Source: Candidatus Eiseniibacteriota bacterium
GTDB taxonomy: Bacteria; Eisenbacteria; RBG-16-71-46; CAVPCR01
Direction of reading: 5' to 3'
Length of the DNA: 64,000 nt
Assembly (NCBI GenBank): GCA_963823555.1
Contig: CAWGMA010000004.1
Coordinates: 352,001 to 416,000 of the forward strand
The notes under the pieces were generated by a model, which was not told the origin of the DNA, did no database searches, and worked only from the letters and a program-made list of their open reading frames with translations. A program made the position numbers and the translations under genes. Positions 31,159 to 41,761 of the stretch are shown piece by piece. Position 1 is the stretch's first letter. Every line of letters begins with the position of its first letter.

Positions 31159-34140
31159 ATGACCGAAAACGAGTCCGAATCGACGACCGTCGTCCGCTCC
31201 ACCCGGTTTGCGGGCTTTCAAGAGCTCATGCGCAACCGGATCGAGAACGTCCTCCTGGTTTCGAGCCTCTACGACTCGTTCATCCTGGCCGAGGACGGCC
31301 AGCTGAGCGAGGTCATCCTGAGCAAGTTCCTCGATATGAACCTGCGTCACACGCCCGGGATCACCCGCGTCTCATCCGGAACGGAAGCTCTGGCCATCGC
31401 TCGCGCCGAACGTCGCTTCAACCTGATCATCACCTCGATGCATGTCGGAGACATGGATGCTCCGACCCTGGCAACCCGGGTGCGGGAGGAGGGGCTCGGC
31501 ATCCCCGTCGTCTTGCTCGCCTATGATTCGCGCGAGCTGACCGATGTCATCAGCCGGCGCGATGTGTCCTCGCTTGAACGCATCTTCCTCTGGCAGGGCG
31601 ACGTGCGGATCCTTCTGGCCATCGTCAAGTACGTCGAGGACCGTCTCAACGTGGCCCACGACACCGGCGAGATGGGTGTGCAAGCCATCATCGTCATCGA
31701 GGACTCCATTCGCCAGTATTCCTCCTTCCTGCCGACGATCTACTCCGAACTGATGCGGCACTCTCATAGCCTGGTGCCGGAGGGCATCAACCTCTCGCAC
31801 AAGCTGATGCGCATCCAGGCCCGCCCGAAGATTCTCCTGTGCTCGACCTACGAAGAGGCCTGGGCCTATTTCGATCGCTATCGCGAGGACATTCTCGGCG
31901 TCATCACCGATGTCGAGTTCCCGCGCAACGGCGAACGATGCCCGGACGCGGGCGCCGAATTCGCCCGCGAGGTGCGCCGCCAACAGCCGGACATTCCTGT
32001 CCTCATCCAGTCGAGCTTCACCGCCAACCGGGGGGTCGCGCAGTCCGTGGGCGCTTCCTTCCTGCTCAAGGGGTCGCCGACGTACTTGCATCGGCTCAGC
32101 CGGTTCATGATGCAGAACTTCAGCTTCGGAGACTTCATCTTCCGGCTCCAAGACGGCACCGAAGTCGGCCGCGCCACCGATCTCAAGACGCTCGAGGAAC
32201 TTCTGGGCAAGGTGCCCGCGGAGAGCCTGGGCTTTCACGGCGAACGAAATCACTTCTCGAACTGGCTCAAGGCGCGCACCGAGTTCACGCTTGCTGACAA
32301 GCTCCGGCCGCGCAAGGTCTCGGACTTCGCCTCGCTCGAGGACCTCCGGCGGGACCTCATTCGCTCGATTCAGGAGTATCGCGAGGAACGGAACCGCGGC
32401 ATTGTCGCCGACTTCGACCGCCATACCTTCGATGGCAGCGCGAGGTTTCTGCGCATCGGAGCCGGATCGCTCGGCGGGAAGGCGCGGGGACTCGCTTTCG
32501 TCAACCGATTGCTCAACGACCACAACGTTGCGGCGCGCTTTCCCGACGTGGAGATCTCGGTGCCGCCGTCCGTCGTTCTCGGTACCGATGTCTTCGACGA
32601 GTTCCTCGCCGCGAACGATCTCCGCGATTTCGCCATCGACAGCCCCGACCACGAGGAGGTGCTGGCTCGGTTTCTCGCCGCCAAGTTTCCTGCGGCCTAT
32701 CGCGACGATCTCCGTGCTTTCCTCAAGCTCGCCCGCTACCCGCTCGCCGTGCGGTCGTCGAGCCTGCTCGAGGACTCGCCGTACCAGCCGTTCGCCGGGA
32801 TCTACGCCACCTACATGCTGCCCAACAGCCATCCCGACCTCCAGGTCCGGCTGCGGCACTTGATCGATGCGATCAAGCGCGTCTACGCCTCGACCTTCTC
32901 CGAGCAAGCCAAGTCCTATCTGCAGGCCACTCCCTATCGGCTCGAGGAAGAGAAGATGGCCGTCATATTGCAGAAGGTCGTGGGAGCGGCGCACGAGGAT
33001 CGCTTCTATCCCGATTTCGCCGGGGTGGCGCGTTCCCACAACTTCTATCCGACCCCGCCGATGACGACGGACGACGGGGTCGCCGCCGTGGCGCTCGGGC
33101 TCGGTGAGACCGTGGTGGACGGTGGGCTCTGCATCCGTTTCTGCCCGCGTTACCCGCAGCACCTGGTCCAGTTCTCATCGGTGAAGGACATTCTCCGCAA
33201 CTCGCAGCGTGAGTTCTATGCGCTCGCCCTGCGCGAGTCGTCCGGCAGCGCCCCCTCGCACGAAGCGTTCGAGCTCCGCCAGTTCGGGCTCGAGGCTGCC
33301 GAGTCCGACGGGGCGCTGGTCTGGGTCGGCTCGACCTATTCGCCGGAGAACCATGCTGTCTACGACGGCCTGTCACGAAGCGGCGTTCGCCTGGTCAGCT
33401 TCGCGCCGATCCTCAAGCATGGCTTGTTCCCCCTGGCCGAGATCCTCGATCTCATGCTCGAGATCGGCCGCGCCGGCACCAGCGGTCCGGTCGAGATCGA
33501 GTTCGCGGCGAATCTGTCGAAAGGCCAGGGGGAGCGCCCGGAGTTCGGCTTCCTCCAGCTGCGCCCCCTCGCCCTCAGCCGCGAGATGGCGGATGTCGAG
33601 ATCGGAGATGTCGATGCCACGGAACTCATCTGCCGGAGCTCCACCGTCCTCGGGCATGGCAAGATCGAGGATCTGCGCGACCTGGTCCTGGTCGACATCC
33701 ATCGCTTCGAGCGCGCGCGCTCGCAGGAGGTGGCTCAGGAGGTGGCTCGGTTCAACGCCGAGTTGACCGCGCGCGGTACGAACTACGCGCTGATCGGCGT
33801 CGGCCGCTGGGGTTCCGCCGATCCTTTCCTCGGGATTCCGGTGACCTGGGACCAGATCGCCGCAGCGCGAGTCATCGTCGAGGCCGGCTTTCACGATTTC
33901 AAGGTGACTCCGTCGCAGGGAACGCACTTCTTCCAGAACCTGACCACATCGCGCGTGGGCTACTTCACCGTCAATCCCGACGAGGGAGAGGGGTTTGTCG
34001 ACTGGGAGTGGCTGTCCAAGCAGCCGGCGGTTCGTGAGACGGACTTCGTTCGCCATCTCAAGTTCGCCGAGGCGATCGTGGTCAAGATGGACGGCAAGCA
34101 GAATGCGGGCGTGATCTTGAAGCCCAAGAGCCGGTCGTGA
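31159..34140 (+). CDS. PEP/pyruvate-binding (PPDK_N ATP-grasp) domain protein with N-terminal receiver-like domains
   Basis: Receiver-like segments (AIIVIEDS, ILGVITDVEFP); [20 protein letters not shown]...FAGIY, MAVILQ, GLGETVV, VEIEFA, LQLRP; C-terminal GRWGS and SQGTHFF. Confidence 0.88.
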   Translation: MTENESESTTVVRSTRFAGFQELMRNRIENVLLVSSLYDSFILAEDGQLSEVILSKFLDMNLRHTPGITRVSSGTEALAIARAERRFNLIITSMHVGDMDAPTLATRVREEGLGIPVVLLAYDSRELTDVISRRDVSSLERIFLWQGDVRILLAIVKYVEDRLNVAHDTGEMGVQAIIVIEDSIRQYSSFLPTIYSELMRHSHSLVPEGINLSHKLMRIQARPKILLCSTYEEAWAYFDRYREDILGVITDVEFPRNGERCPDAGAEFAREVRRQQPDIPVLIQSSFTANRGVAQSVGASFLLKGSPTYLHRLSRFMMQNFSFGDFIFRLQDGTEVGRATDLKTLEELLGKVPAESLGFHGERNHFSNWLKARTEFTLADKLRPRKVSDFASLEDLRRDLIRSIQEYREERNRGIVADFDRHTFDGSARFLRIGAGSLGGKARGLAFVNRLLNDHNVAARFPDVEISVPPSVVLGTDVFDEFLAANDLRDFAIDSPDHEEVLARFLAAKFPAAYRDDLRAFLKLARYPLAVRSSSLLEDSPYQPFAGIYATYMLPNSHPDLQVRLRHLIDAIKRVYASTFSEQAKSYLQATPYRLEEEKMAVILQKVVGAAHEDRFYPDFAGVARSHNFYPTPPMTTDDGVAAVALGLGETVVDGGLCIRFCPRYPQHLVQFSSVKDILRNSQREFYALALRESSGSAPSHEAFELRQFGLEAAESDGALVWVGSTYSPENHAVYDGLSRSGVRLVSFAPILKHGLFPLAEILDLMLEIGRAGTSGPVEIEFAANLSKGQGERPEFGFLQLRPLALSREMADVEIGDVDATELICRSSTVLGHGKIEDLRDLVLVDIHRFERARSQEVAQEVARFNAELTARGTNYALIGVGRWGSADPFLGIPVTWDQIAAARVIVEAGFHDFKVTPSQGTHFFQNLTTSRVGYFTVNPDEGEGFVDWEWLSKQPAVRETDFVRHLKFAEAIVVKMDGKQNAGVILKPKSRS

Positions 34141-35000
34141 CCGACCGCTGCTACTTCGTTTCGGATCTGCATGGCCGGCGGGATCGCTACGAGAAGCTGT
34201 TTGCCGCCATCCGCGGCCGGCGGCCCGCGGGCGTGTTCCTCGGCGGGGACCTCCTGCCGTCAGGCGTCTTCCTCGCCGGAGGGGGCGCCGACCCCGAGGA
34301 CTTCGTCTCCGGCTTTCTCGCCGCCGAGTTCAGGAGCCTGCGCGCCGAGCTCGGCGCCGGCGCGCCGCGGGTATTCGTCATCCTCGGCAACGATGATCCG
34401 CGCCGCGAGGAGGAGGGGGTCCTGGCGGCCGCCGCCGCCGGGGTCTGGGAGTACGCGCACCAGCGCCGGACCCAGTTCGGGAGCCACCTCGTCCTCGGCT
34501 ATGCCTGCATCCCGCCGACTCCGTTCCTGCTCAAGGACTGGGAACGCTACGATGTGTCCCGGCACGTGGATCCTGGCAGCGTGTCGCCGGAAGAAGGATG
34601 GCGGACGACTCCCGCCGAGGCGCACGAGCTCAGATACGGCACCATCCAGAAGGACCTCGAGGCCCTCGCCGGCGCCGAGGATCTGTCACGAGCCGTGTGT
34701 CTCTTTCACTCGCCGCCCTACCAGACGCCGCTCGACCGCGCCGCCCTCGACGGCATGATGGTGGAGCACGTCCCGCTGGATGTGCACATCGGGAGCATCG
34801 CGATCCGCCGCTTCATCGAGTCGCGGCAGCCGCTCCTCACGCTGCACGGCCATGTGCACGAGTCGGCGCGCCTGAGCGGGGCCTGGATGGCACGCCTGGG
34901 CCGGACCGTTTGCCTCTCCGCGGCCCACGACGGCCCCGAGCTCGCCCTCGTCGAGTTCGACCTCGACGATCCGGCCGGGGCCGAGCGTCACCTGCTCTAG
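34137..35000 (+). CDS. Metallophosphoesterase (calcineurin-like, Icc-related)
   Basis: SDLHG, GGDL, GNDD, HSPP, LHGHVHE; GTGA overlap with the upstream gene. Confidence 0.9.
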   Translation: MTDRCYFVSDLHGRRDRYEKLFAAIRGRRPAGVFLGGDLLPSGVFLAGGGADPEDFVSGFLAAEFRSLRAELGAGAPRVFVILGNDDPRREEEGVLAAAAAGVWEYAHQRRTQFGSHLVLGYACIPPTPFLLKDWERYDVSRHVDPGSVSPEEGWRTTPAEAHELRYGTIQKDLEALAGAEDLSRAVCLFHSPPYQTPLDRAALDGMMVEHVPLDVHIGSIAIRRFIESRQPLLTLHGHVHESARLSGAWMARLGRTVCLSAAHDGPELALVEFDLDDPAGAERHLL

Positions 35001-38000
35001 GTCGCGGGGCGGGCACCTGCGGGGCGCAGCGGCAGGAGCCGCGCCGGATCGGTCACGGCCCCGATCTTGGCGGCGTAGGAGTTGTGCTCGGCGATGTCCT
35101 CATCGGTGACGATATGGACATCGAGAATCCCGTCCACGCGGCAGCCGGTACGCAGGAAGTTGAACTCGGACAGGCACAGGCTCCAGCCGTCGAGCCAGGA
35201 GAGGAGGTCCTGTCTCTGCTCCTCCGTCCCGTCGAAGTGGACGAGGAGATCGATATCGCTCGCCGGTCCGGCGCTGGCGTTCTTGGTGCTGCCAAAGACG
35301 TACAGCGCCTTGACCCCGAAGCGGTCCGGATCCAGCCGCCCGGCGAGCCGCTCGGCGAACTGCATCCGCCACTTCCAGTGATTATCGGCCCGTGTCCGTT
35401 CCTCCTCCGCCCGGGCGTCGGTCTCCTCGGGGACTTCGGCGCGCGGCGCCAGGAAGGCGATGGCCTCGTCGAGGTTCGCGTTCATGAGGACGTGCATCAC
35501 CATCCCTTTCGTGACCCGCGAGACGTCGATCACACGTATGGTGTCGGCGAGAGCCGCGTACTCCGGGAGCAACTCGGCTAGGATGTTCGGCGAGCGGCCG
35601 AGGAAGGCCTCGTTGAAAACGATGCCAGGATCATCGGGATACAACGGTAGATAGCGGATCTCGGCCTCGACGAGATCCTGGAAGAAGTGGGTGCCGAAGG
35701 AGAGATCAGGCAGGTAGTTGCCCTTCTTGCGCGCCACCTCGATCAGGACGGATGTGTTGTTGATGTCCGAGTAGGTGACGTTGACCCCCATCTTGATGTC
35801 GCCCCGGCTCCCCCAGCGCCCCGGTCCGATCAGCACGAACTGGCGCTTGGGCAGGATCTTGTTGAGCCGCCCCACGGCCCGCCCTACGGCGCGCAGCTCC
35901 TCGATGGTTTCGAGCTCGTTGTAGTGATCGGGGTCGACATAGACGACGTGGGTGATGTTGTTGGCGCTTCCGTTCGAGATGAAGCGGCGGGCGGTGAAGA
36001 TGACCTGTTCGGGTAGCGTGTCGTGCGGGATCACCGCCGCCTTGGCCATGCGGCCCGAGCTCTGCGGCCGGCACTGGAGAAGATAGAGATCCTGCCCGTC
36101 CGAGGCGAACTCGATGTCGACCGGGGTCCCCATCTCGCGTTCGAGGATCTCGAGCATGGCCCGGATCTGGCGTACGAACGGGGTGGCGGTGGCGAGCCCC
36201 TCGAAGGTGAAGACCACGCGCTTGGGATCGAGATCCATCTCGCGCCCGAGCGGCCGGCGCACCCGGTCCTCCTCGAGGATCGAGATCATGTTGGCGAGCT
36301 GCGGGAGATCGGAGCCGACCTCGGCCAGGAACTCGTGCAGGGGCACGGTCTCGAAGGTCCCGTTCTCCATGTCGATGACGTCGATCTTGCTCGGTGAGTA
36401 TCGGACGATCTCGTCGAGGGTGACATTGACGCGGAGGTTCGGCTGTCCGGGAGCCATCAGCACCGGGTAGTCATCCCGCAGCCGGTCGACAGCACGGGTG
36501 CCCAGCCCCGGAACCAGGCGCAGGAGCCCATCGTCGCGCTGGATGCGGGCCGACCACCGGAACTCGTTGTGGCTGAACGCCACCCCGGAGAACGTGGGCA
36601 GGAAGTAGCGCCCGAGCCGCGTCCCCACCACCTCCTGCACCATGATCCCCATCTCCTCGTAGACATCGAGGAGGCCTCGTTCCATGCGGTACTCGATGGG
36701 GTCCGGGCCGAAGACCGAGGCGTACACCTCCGCGATGGCATCCATCAGAGCGGCCAGCCGCTCCTGCTTGGTGCCGATGTTGGCCAGGAAGAGGCTCTTG
36801 TACTTGCCGGAGAAGGCAGCATCGAAGCGGTCCTCGAGCAGGCTCGACGACCGGACGATGAGCGGACGACCCTCGAGATCGTCGAGGATCACCGCCAGGC
36901 CCTTGATCACTTCGGGCGAGAACATCGAGCTCTTGAAGATCTGGATGATGTGCGGGTACTCGTGCCGCACCTGATCCAGATCGGCGTACTTCTGGTTGTA
37001 GACGTCTTCCAGGTTGTTGTACTGGATGAAATCGATGACCCCGTCGGTGGTGAGGTACCAGCTGCGCGGGGTCTTGATCTCTCCCAGCTCGGGCGGCGGG
37101 TCTTTCAGGTTGCGCAAGATGGCCATGGCCAGGACGAGCCCGGATGCCTTCCCACCCAGCTTGCCCCGGCTCTTGGCCGGGAAGATCATGTGCTGAACGA
37201 TGTCGTAGTAGTCGCTGATATCGATGTGTCGCTTGGCGATGTTGACGTAACGAAGGTGATTGGTGAAGAAGTGGGAGATCAGGGACACGCGCAGGCCCTT
37301 CTGCACCGCTGGAGGGAACTCGATCTCCTCGGCCGGGATGTGGTGCAGGCGCCGGATGGCCTCGGTGACCTCGTCGAGGGAGGAATCGGGGTTGCCGACG
37401 GCATTGGCGAAGAAGCGGGCGCGGTCCTGGCGGATCCATTGCTGGATGCTGGAGAGGATGTCGTCCTCGCTCAAGTGGTTGGCCGCGATGGCGAAGGTAT
37501 CGTCCGTCATGTCGAGGAGTCGCAGCTTGCCAAATGACTCGCTCGGGCGATTGTCGTCGCCGGTCTCGACGTCGATGTCCTCCTCGGGTTCATAGACGAC
37601 CTGATGCAGCAGGTCGATGGCCTCAGGGATGCCGATCCAGCACAGGTGGTTGAGCATCTTGCGCGTGATGCGCAGCAGCAGTGTCTGATCGGTGCGCTTC
37701 AGGAAGTCGAGGATGATGCGCCATTGGCCGCGGGAGGTGGGTGATAGCTCGTGGCGGGCGGTTTCCAGGCTCTCGAAGGCGGTCTGCAGCTTCTTGTGGG
37801 TGAGGAAGTGACCCAGCCGATCGGCAATGGTGTCGATGAGCTTGCGCTCCTCCTTGAGGAAGGGCCCTTCATCAGCCTTCAAGGGCATCTCCCGGTAGTA
37901 GACCTCGAGGGAACCATGGCGTTCGCCGTCAACGGCGATGGGGGCCGACTGCACCCAGGGCGTCACCTGGAAATCCGGCGACTCGTGGGTCTGCCCGCCG

Positions 38001-38197
38001 TAGGTGATTCGCACCTGGCATATCTGCGAAAACTGGTAACCAGGGGGGATGGCCTGGATCACTCCGGAGAAGACCTCGGGGAGGGGAGTCTCGGTGTGTT
38101 TCAGGAACTCATCGATGCGATACAGGCAGTCGAGCTCCTTGGCCCTCTCCTGAAGTGCCTTGAGGACTCTCTCGATGGGGGTTTCCTGGGAAGTCAT
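34997..38197 (-). CDS. PEP/pyruvate-binding domain protein with N-terminal GAF-like module and C-terminal nucleotidyltransferase domain
   Basis: ERAKELDCLY...IPPGYQ...[70 protein letters not shown]...SDIDLLVH (pol-beta-like NTase). Confidence 0.88.
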   Translation of the reverse strand: MTSQETPIERVLKALQERAKELDCLYRIDEFLKHTETPLPEVFSGVIQAIPPGYQFSQICQVRITYGGQTHESPDFQVTPWVQSAPIAVDGERHGSLEVYYREMPLKADEGPFLKEERKLIDTIADRLGHFLTHKKLQTAFESLETARHELSPTSRGQWRIILDFLKRTDQTLLLRITRKMLNHLCWIGIPEAIDLLHQVVYEPEEDIDVETGDDNRPSESFGKLRLLDMTDDTFAIAANHLSEDDILSSIQQWIRQDRARFFANAVGNPDSSLDEVTEAIRRLHHIPAEEIEFPPAVQKGLRVSLISHFFTNHLRYVNIAKRHIDISDYYDIVQHMIFPAKSRGKLGGKASGLVLAMAILRNLKDPPPELGEIKTPRSWYLTTDGVIDFIQYNNLEDVYNQKYADLDQVRHEYPHIIQIFKSSMFSPEVIKGLAVILDDLEGRPLIVRSSSLLEDRFDAAFSGKYKSLFLANIGTKQERLAALMDAIAEVYASVFGPDPIEYRMERGLLDVYEEMGIMVQEVVGTRLGRYFLPTFSGVAFSHNEFRWSARIQRDDGLLRLVPGLGTRAVDRLRDDYPVLMAPGQPNLRVNVTLDEIVRYSPSKIDVIDMENGTFETVPLHEFLAEVGSDLPQLANMISILEEDRVRRPLGREMDLDPKRVVFTFEGLATATPFVRQIRAMLEILEREMGTPVDIEFASDGQDLYLLQCRPQSSGRMAKAAVIPHDTLPEQVIFTARRFISNGSANNITHVVYVDPDHYNELETIEELRAVGRAVGRLNKILPKRQFVLIGPGRWGSRGDIKMGVNVTYSDINNTSVLIEVARKKGNYLPDLSFGTHFFQDLVEAEIRYLPLYPDDPGIVFNEAFLGRSPNILAELLPEYAALADTIRVIDVSRVTKGMVMHVLMNANLDEAIAFLAPRAEVPEETDARAEEERTRADNHWKWRMQFAERLAGRLDPDRFGVKALYVFGSTKNASAGPASDIDLLVHFDGTEEQRQDLLSWLDGWSLCLSEFNFLRTGCRVDGILDVHIVTDEDIAEHNSYAAKIGAVTDPARLLPLRPAGARPAT

Positions 38198-38243
38198 GGT
38201 CCCTCGCTCGCTCTGCCGGGGGTGCCGGCGGCATCGCCGGGCC

Positions 38244-40058
38244 TCACCCGGGCAGGAGGATCACACCGCGGCTCGTCCGGCCGTCCACACGGACTCGGAG
38301 CGGTGCCGGGAGCCGAACATGCCGCACCAGCTCGGTCTCCTTCACCGCGGGCTGGCGGGCGAGCCATGCCCAGTTGATGCCGAAGGCGCCGGTGTGTCGC
38401 ACGGTGAAGTAGCAGACACGGAAACTGGTCAAATTGTGGAAGAAGTGTGTTCCCTGGCTCGGGTCGGGGCTGGCCTCGGGCAGCGAGGATTCGATGATGA
38501 CCTTGGCTCCCGAGATCTGACTCCAGGCGACCGGCACCCCGAGCCAGGGGTCCGTGGATCCCCAGCGGCCGAAGCCGATGAGGAGATAGGGTCGCTTCTC
38601 CTCGCTCAAGTCGCGATCGATCTCCTCGATCTCGGCGGCGATCCGCTGCGTGTGCGTCATGGCGAAGGCCTCGGGGCGCAGGTAGACGACATCGCAGATG
38701 TTATCGACGGTGCCGTTTCCCAGAGCCGACTCCGAAGCGGTGAGGACATCGCCGCCGCTCATCTCCTCCTCCGTCACGGTCACGGTCTCGTCAGAGACCA
38801 CGAGCGGGCGTACCTGCAGGAATCCGAATCGCGCCGGCTCGGATGTGGAGTCAGGAAGCGTCACCGCGAATTCGATCTCCACCTCCGCGCCGAGCGCCCG
38901 CTCGCATTCTTCGAGGAGATGGCGCACGAGCGCGTTGAGCGGGTAGACCTCGACCGCGAGGAGCGGAGCGAAGGTGATCACTCGTGGCCCCGAGGGGCCG
39001 GTGCCGATCGAGAGTCGATCCGACTGCAGATCATAGGTCGAGGCGATGTGGCGTAGCGTATCGTCGCTTTCGGCGTCGGCCAGGGAGGCGTGGACCAGGT
39101 ACTCCACCTCGGTGGTCGGATCGTAGGCCGGCGGCTTGCCCATGTTCACGGCCCAGAACTCGCGCTGGGTCTGCCACATGAGCTCGCGGACCGTGGCGTA
39201 GGGCGGGTTCGCGCGCGGGTGGGCTGGCGAGTAGTTCCAGCCGATGCCGTCGTCGACGATCGTTCGCCCGAGCCCGAGGGCGAGGCTCACCACCCCGTCC
39301 CGGGGCCTGGCATGTCCGATCGGGTAGAAATTGAAAGAGCGCGCGACACCGGCGACCTCCGGATAGAAGCGCTCCTCATGGCGACGGCCCACCACCTCCT
39401 GGATGATCACGGCCATCTTCTCGTCGCGTACCGTGCTTGCGGTGGAACGGATGTAGGCCTTGGCATCGTGAAAGAAGGTGGATGCCCAGACGAACTTGAT
39501 CGCCTCGACCAGCTTGCGGAAGCGGGTGTCCGCGTCGATCTGGTTGTTGGGGATCATCTTGGTGGCATAGACGCCGGCGAACGGGCGGAACATCGCATCC
39601 TCGAGCAAACTCGAGGAGCGGATGGCGAGCGGTTGGTGCACGCTCTCGACCATGGCTCGCAGATCGCCGGCGATCTCGACCGGCAGGCTCGCTCGCTGGA
39701 AGGCGTGAGCGATGTGCGAGTCCGACTCGTTGGAGTAGGCGAGTTCCCGGAGCTTGTTGCCGTCGAGGAAGAGATCGAAGAGGTCGGTGGCGAGGACCGT
39801 CAGGCGGGGGATCGAGACCGTGAAGCCGGGCACATCCTGCCAGGCGCCGGGTGCGGCCAGGATTCGCTTGATGAAGGCGAGCCCTTGCGCCTTGCCCCCG
39901 ATCGACCCCGAGCCGATCACGGTGAAGTCCTCGCTCGAGCTGAAGAACTCCCGGTCGAACTGGGGGAAGTGCCGGGCTGCCGCCGGGGCCATGGGCTCCG
40001 GCGGGCTCGATCGGCGCGGATCGGGAGGCGATCCCGTTCCGTTCATGGCGCGCTCCAT
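38244..40058 (-). CDS. PEP/pyruvate-binding domain protein (minimal paralogue)
   Basis: [58 protein letters not shown]. Start uncertain (40058, 40046 or 39992). Confidence 0.88.
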   Translation of the reverse strand: MERAMNGTGSPPDPRRSSPPEPMAPAAARHFPQFDREFFSSSEDFTVIGSGSIGGKAQGLAFIKRILAAPGAWQDVPGFTVSIPRLTVLATDLFDLFLDGNKLRELAYSNESDSHIAHAFQRASLPVEIAGDLRAMVESVHQPLAIRSSSLLEDAMFRPFAGVYATKMIPNNQIDADTRFRKLVEAIKFVWASTFFHDAKAYIRSTASTVRDEKMAVIIQEVVGRRHEERFYPEVAGVARSFNFYPIGHARPRDGVVSLALGLGRTIVDDGIGWNYSPAHPRANPPYATVRELMWQTQREFWAVNMGKPPAYDPTTEVEYLVHASLADAESDDTLRHIASTYDLQSDRLSIGTGPSGPRVITFAPLLAVEVYPLNALVRHLLEECERALGAEVEIEFAVTLPDSTSEPARFGFLQVRPLVVSDETVTVTEEEMSGGDVLTASESALGNGTVDNICDVVYLRPEAFAMTHTQRIAAEIEEIDRDLSEEKRPYLLIGFGRWGSTDPWLGVPVAWSQISGAKVIIESSLPEASPDPSQGTHFFHNLTSFRVCYFTVRHTGAFGINWAWLARQPAVKETELVRHVRLPAPLRVRVDGRTSRGVILLPG

Positions 40059-40072
40059 CGCGGCCGGACCGT

Positions 40073-41363
40073 CTAGATCCAGCCGCGGTCCTTGCAGGCC
40101 TGGGCGACACGGCCGATGGCGATGACGTAGGCGGCGTCGCGCATGAAGATCTTCTGCTTCCTGGCCACTTCACTGAACGGCGAGGAAGGCCGAGGTCATC
40201 TTGACGTCGAGCTCGACCCAGGACCTCGTCCTTCTCCCAGAAGTAGTTCATGTTGCTCTGCACCTGCTCGAAGTAGCTGCAGGTAACCCCTCCGGCATTG
40301 GCGAGGAAGTCGGGGATCAGGAAGATGCCCCGCTCCTGGATCACGCGGTCGGCATCGGGGGTGGTGGGACCGTTGGCGCCCTCGGCGATGAGCTTCACTT
40401 TGGGGCCGATGCGGTCGACGTTCTCGCTCGTGATCTGGTTCTCGAGGGCAGCCGGGATCAGGATATCGACATCCTGGGCGATCCAATCGTCGCCCGGCAG
40501 CACCTCGTAGCCCAGTGCGGCGGCCTTGGTCTTGTCGATGCCGCCGAAGCGGTCGCGTGATGCCGAGGAGCTGGTCGAGGTCGATGCCATCCTTGCGGGT
40601 GAACGAGTAGGACGTCTGGTCCTGCTGATCCCAGCAGGAGACGCAGGTCACCTTGCCGCCGATCTGCTCGTAGAGGCGTATCGCATACTGGGCCACGTTC
40701 CCGAAGCCCTGGACGCTGGCCCGCGTCGCGGCGGGGGCGATGCCGAGCTCCTTGAGCGCCTCGCGGATCGTGAAGACGACTCCGAATCCGGTCGCCTCGG
40801 CGCGTCCCAGCGAGCCGCCCATCCCCACCGGTTTCCCGGTGATGACGCCGGGATAGCGCCCGCGATGGATCGCACTCGTACTCATCGAGCATCCACAGCA
40901 TGTGCTGGGCGGATGTCATGACATCTGGCGCCGGCACGTCGATGACGGGGCCGATATCGCGCGAAATCTGCCGCACCCAGCCCCGGCAGATGAACTCCTG
41001 CTCATGGGCGCTCAGGTGATGCGGATCGCACACCACGCCGCCCTTGCTGCCGCCGAGCGGAATGTCGACAACGGCACACTTCCAGGTCATCCACATGGCC
41101 AGGGCGCGTACGGTGTCGATGGTCTCCTGCGGGTGGAAGCGCACGCCGCCCTTGCCGGGGCCGCGGGCGTCGTTGTGCTGGACGCGGAAGCCGCGGAACA
41201 CGTGCACGTTGCCGTCGTCCATGCGGACCGGGATGGAGAACGCATACTCCCGCATGGGAACACGCAGGAGTTCCCGCGAGGAGGCGTCGAGACCGATGGT
41301 CTCCGCCACCTTGTCGAACTGCGCCTGGGCAACCTGGAATGAGTTGTAAGCTTTCTCTCTCAC
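40073..41363 (-). CDS. Glu/Leu/Phe/Val dehydrogenase (second GDH); frameshifted in this assembly
   Basis: GGAGG RBS and GTG at 41363; [66 protein letters not shown]; ends RGWI then TAG at 40073. Confidence 0.9.
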
Positions 41364-41761
41364 GTCATCCTCCCTTCCACACCCCCGTCCCCGAGCGAGA
41401 AGCTTCAAGGCGAGCGAGGAAGGCGACTCGAATGGTCGTCGACCGGCGAAGGCCCTGGCCGGGCGCCCCCGGTGCGCCGCGCGGCGGAGCCGCCGCTGAC
41501 ATATCCATGCTCTTGTGATGAAACGACTTAGCGATGCCGCCCGGTTCCCGGAGGGGAGCCCAGAGCGGCCCCTGCCCCGGACCCGTTCAGCGCACCCGAG
41601 ATTAGCGCATCCGGGCTCGTCCAGGTGAACCGCTCGCGGGGCGGCCGGTACGGAAAGGGGCGGGCAAGCCCCCTGGCCTGCCCGCCCCCACCCTGATTGG
41701 GCCCGAGCCCCGGGAACGCCGGTGGAGCGCATCGCCGGTGGCCGGTAACCGGTAGCCGGCG

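Noticed and set aside
34997..35420. MNT-HEPN toxin-antitoxin or CBASS cyclase
   Set aside because: No HEPN or effector gene is adjacent, and the NTase is a small domain fused to a metabolic-type protein.
31159..40058. Labelling the three PPDK_N proteins as ppsA
   Set aside because: They lack the PEP/pyruvate-binding TIM barrel and the canonical TSHAAI motif.
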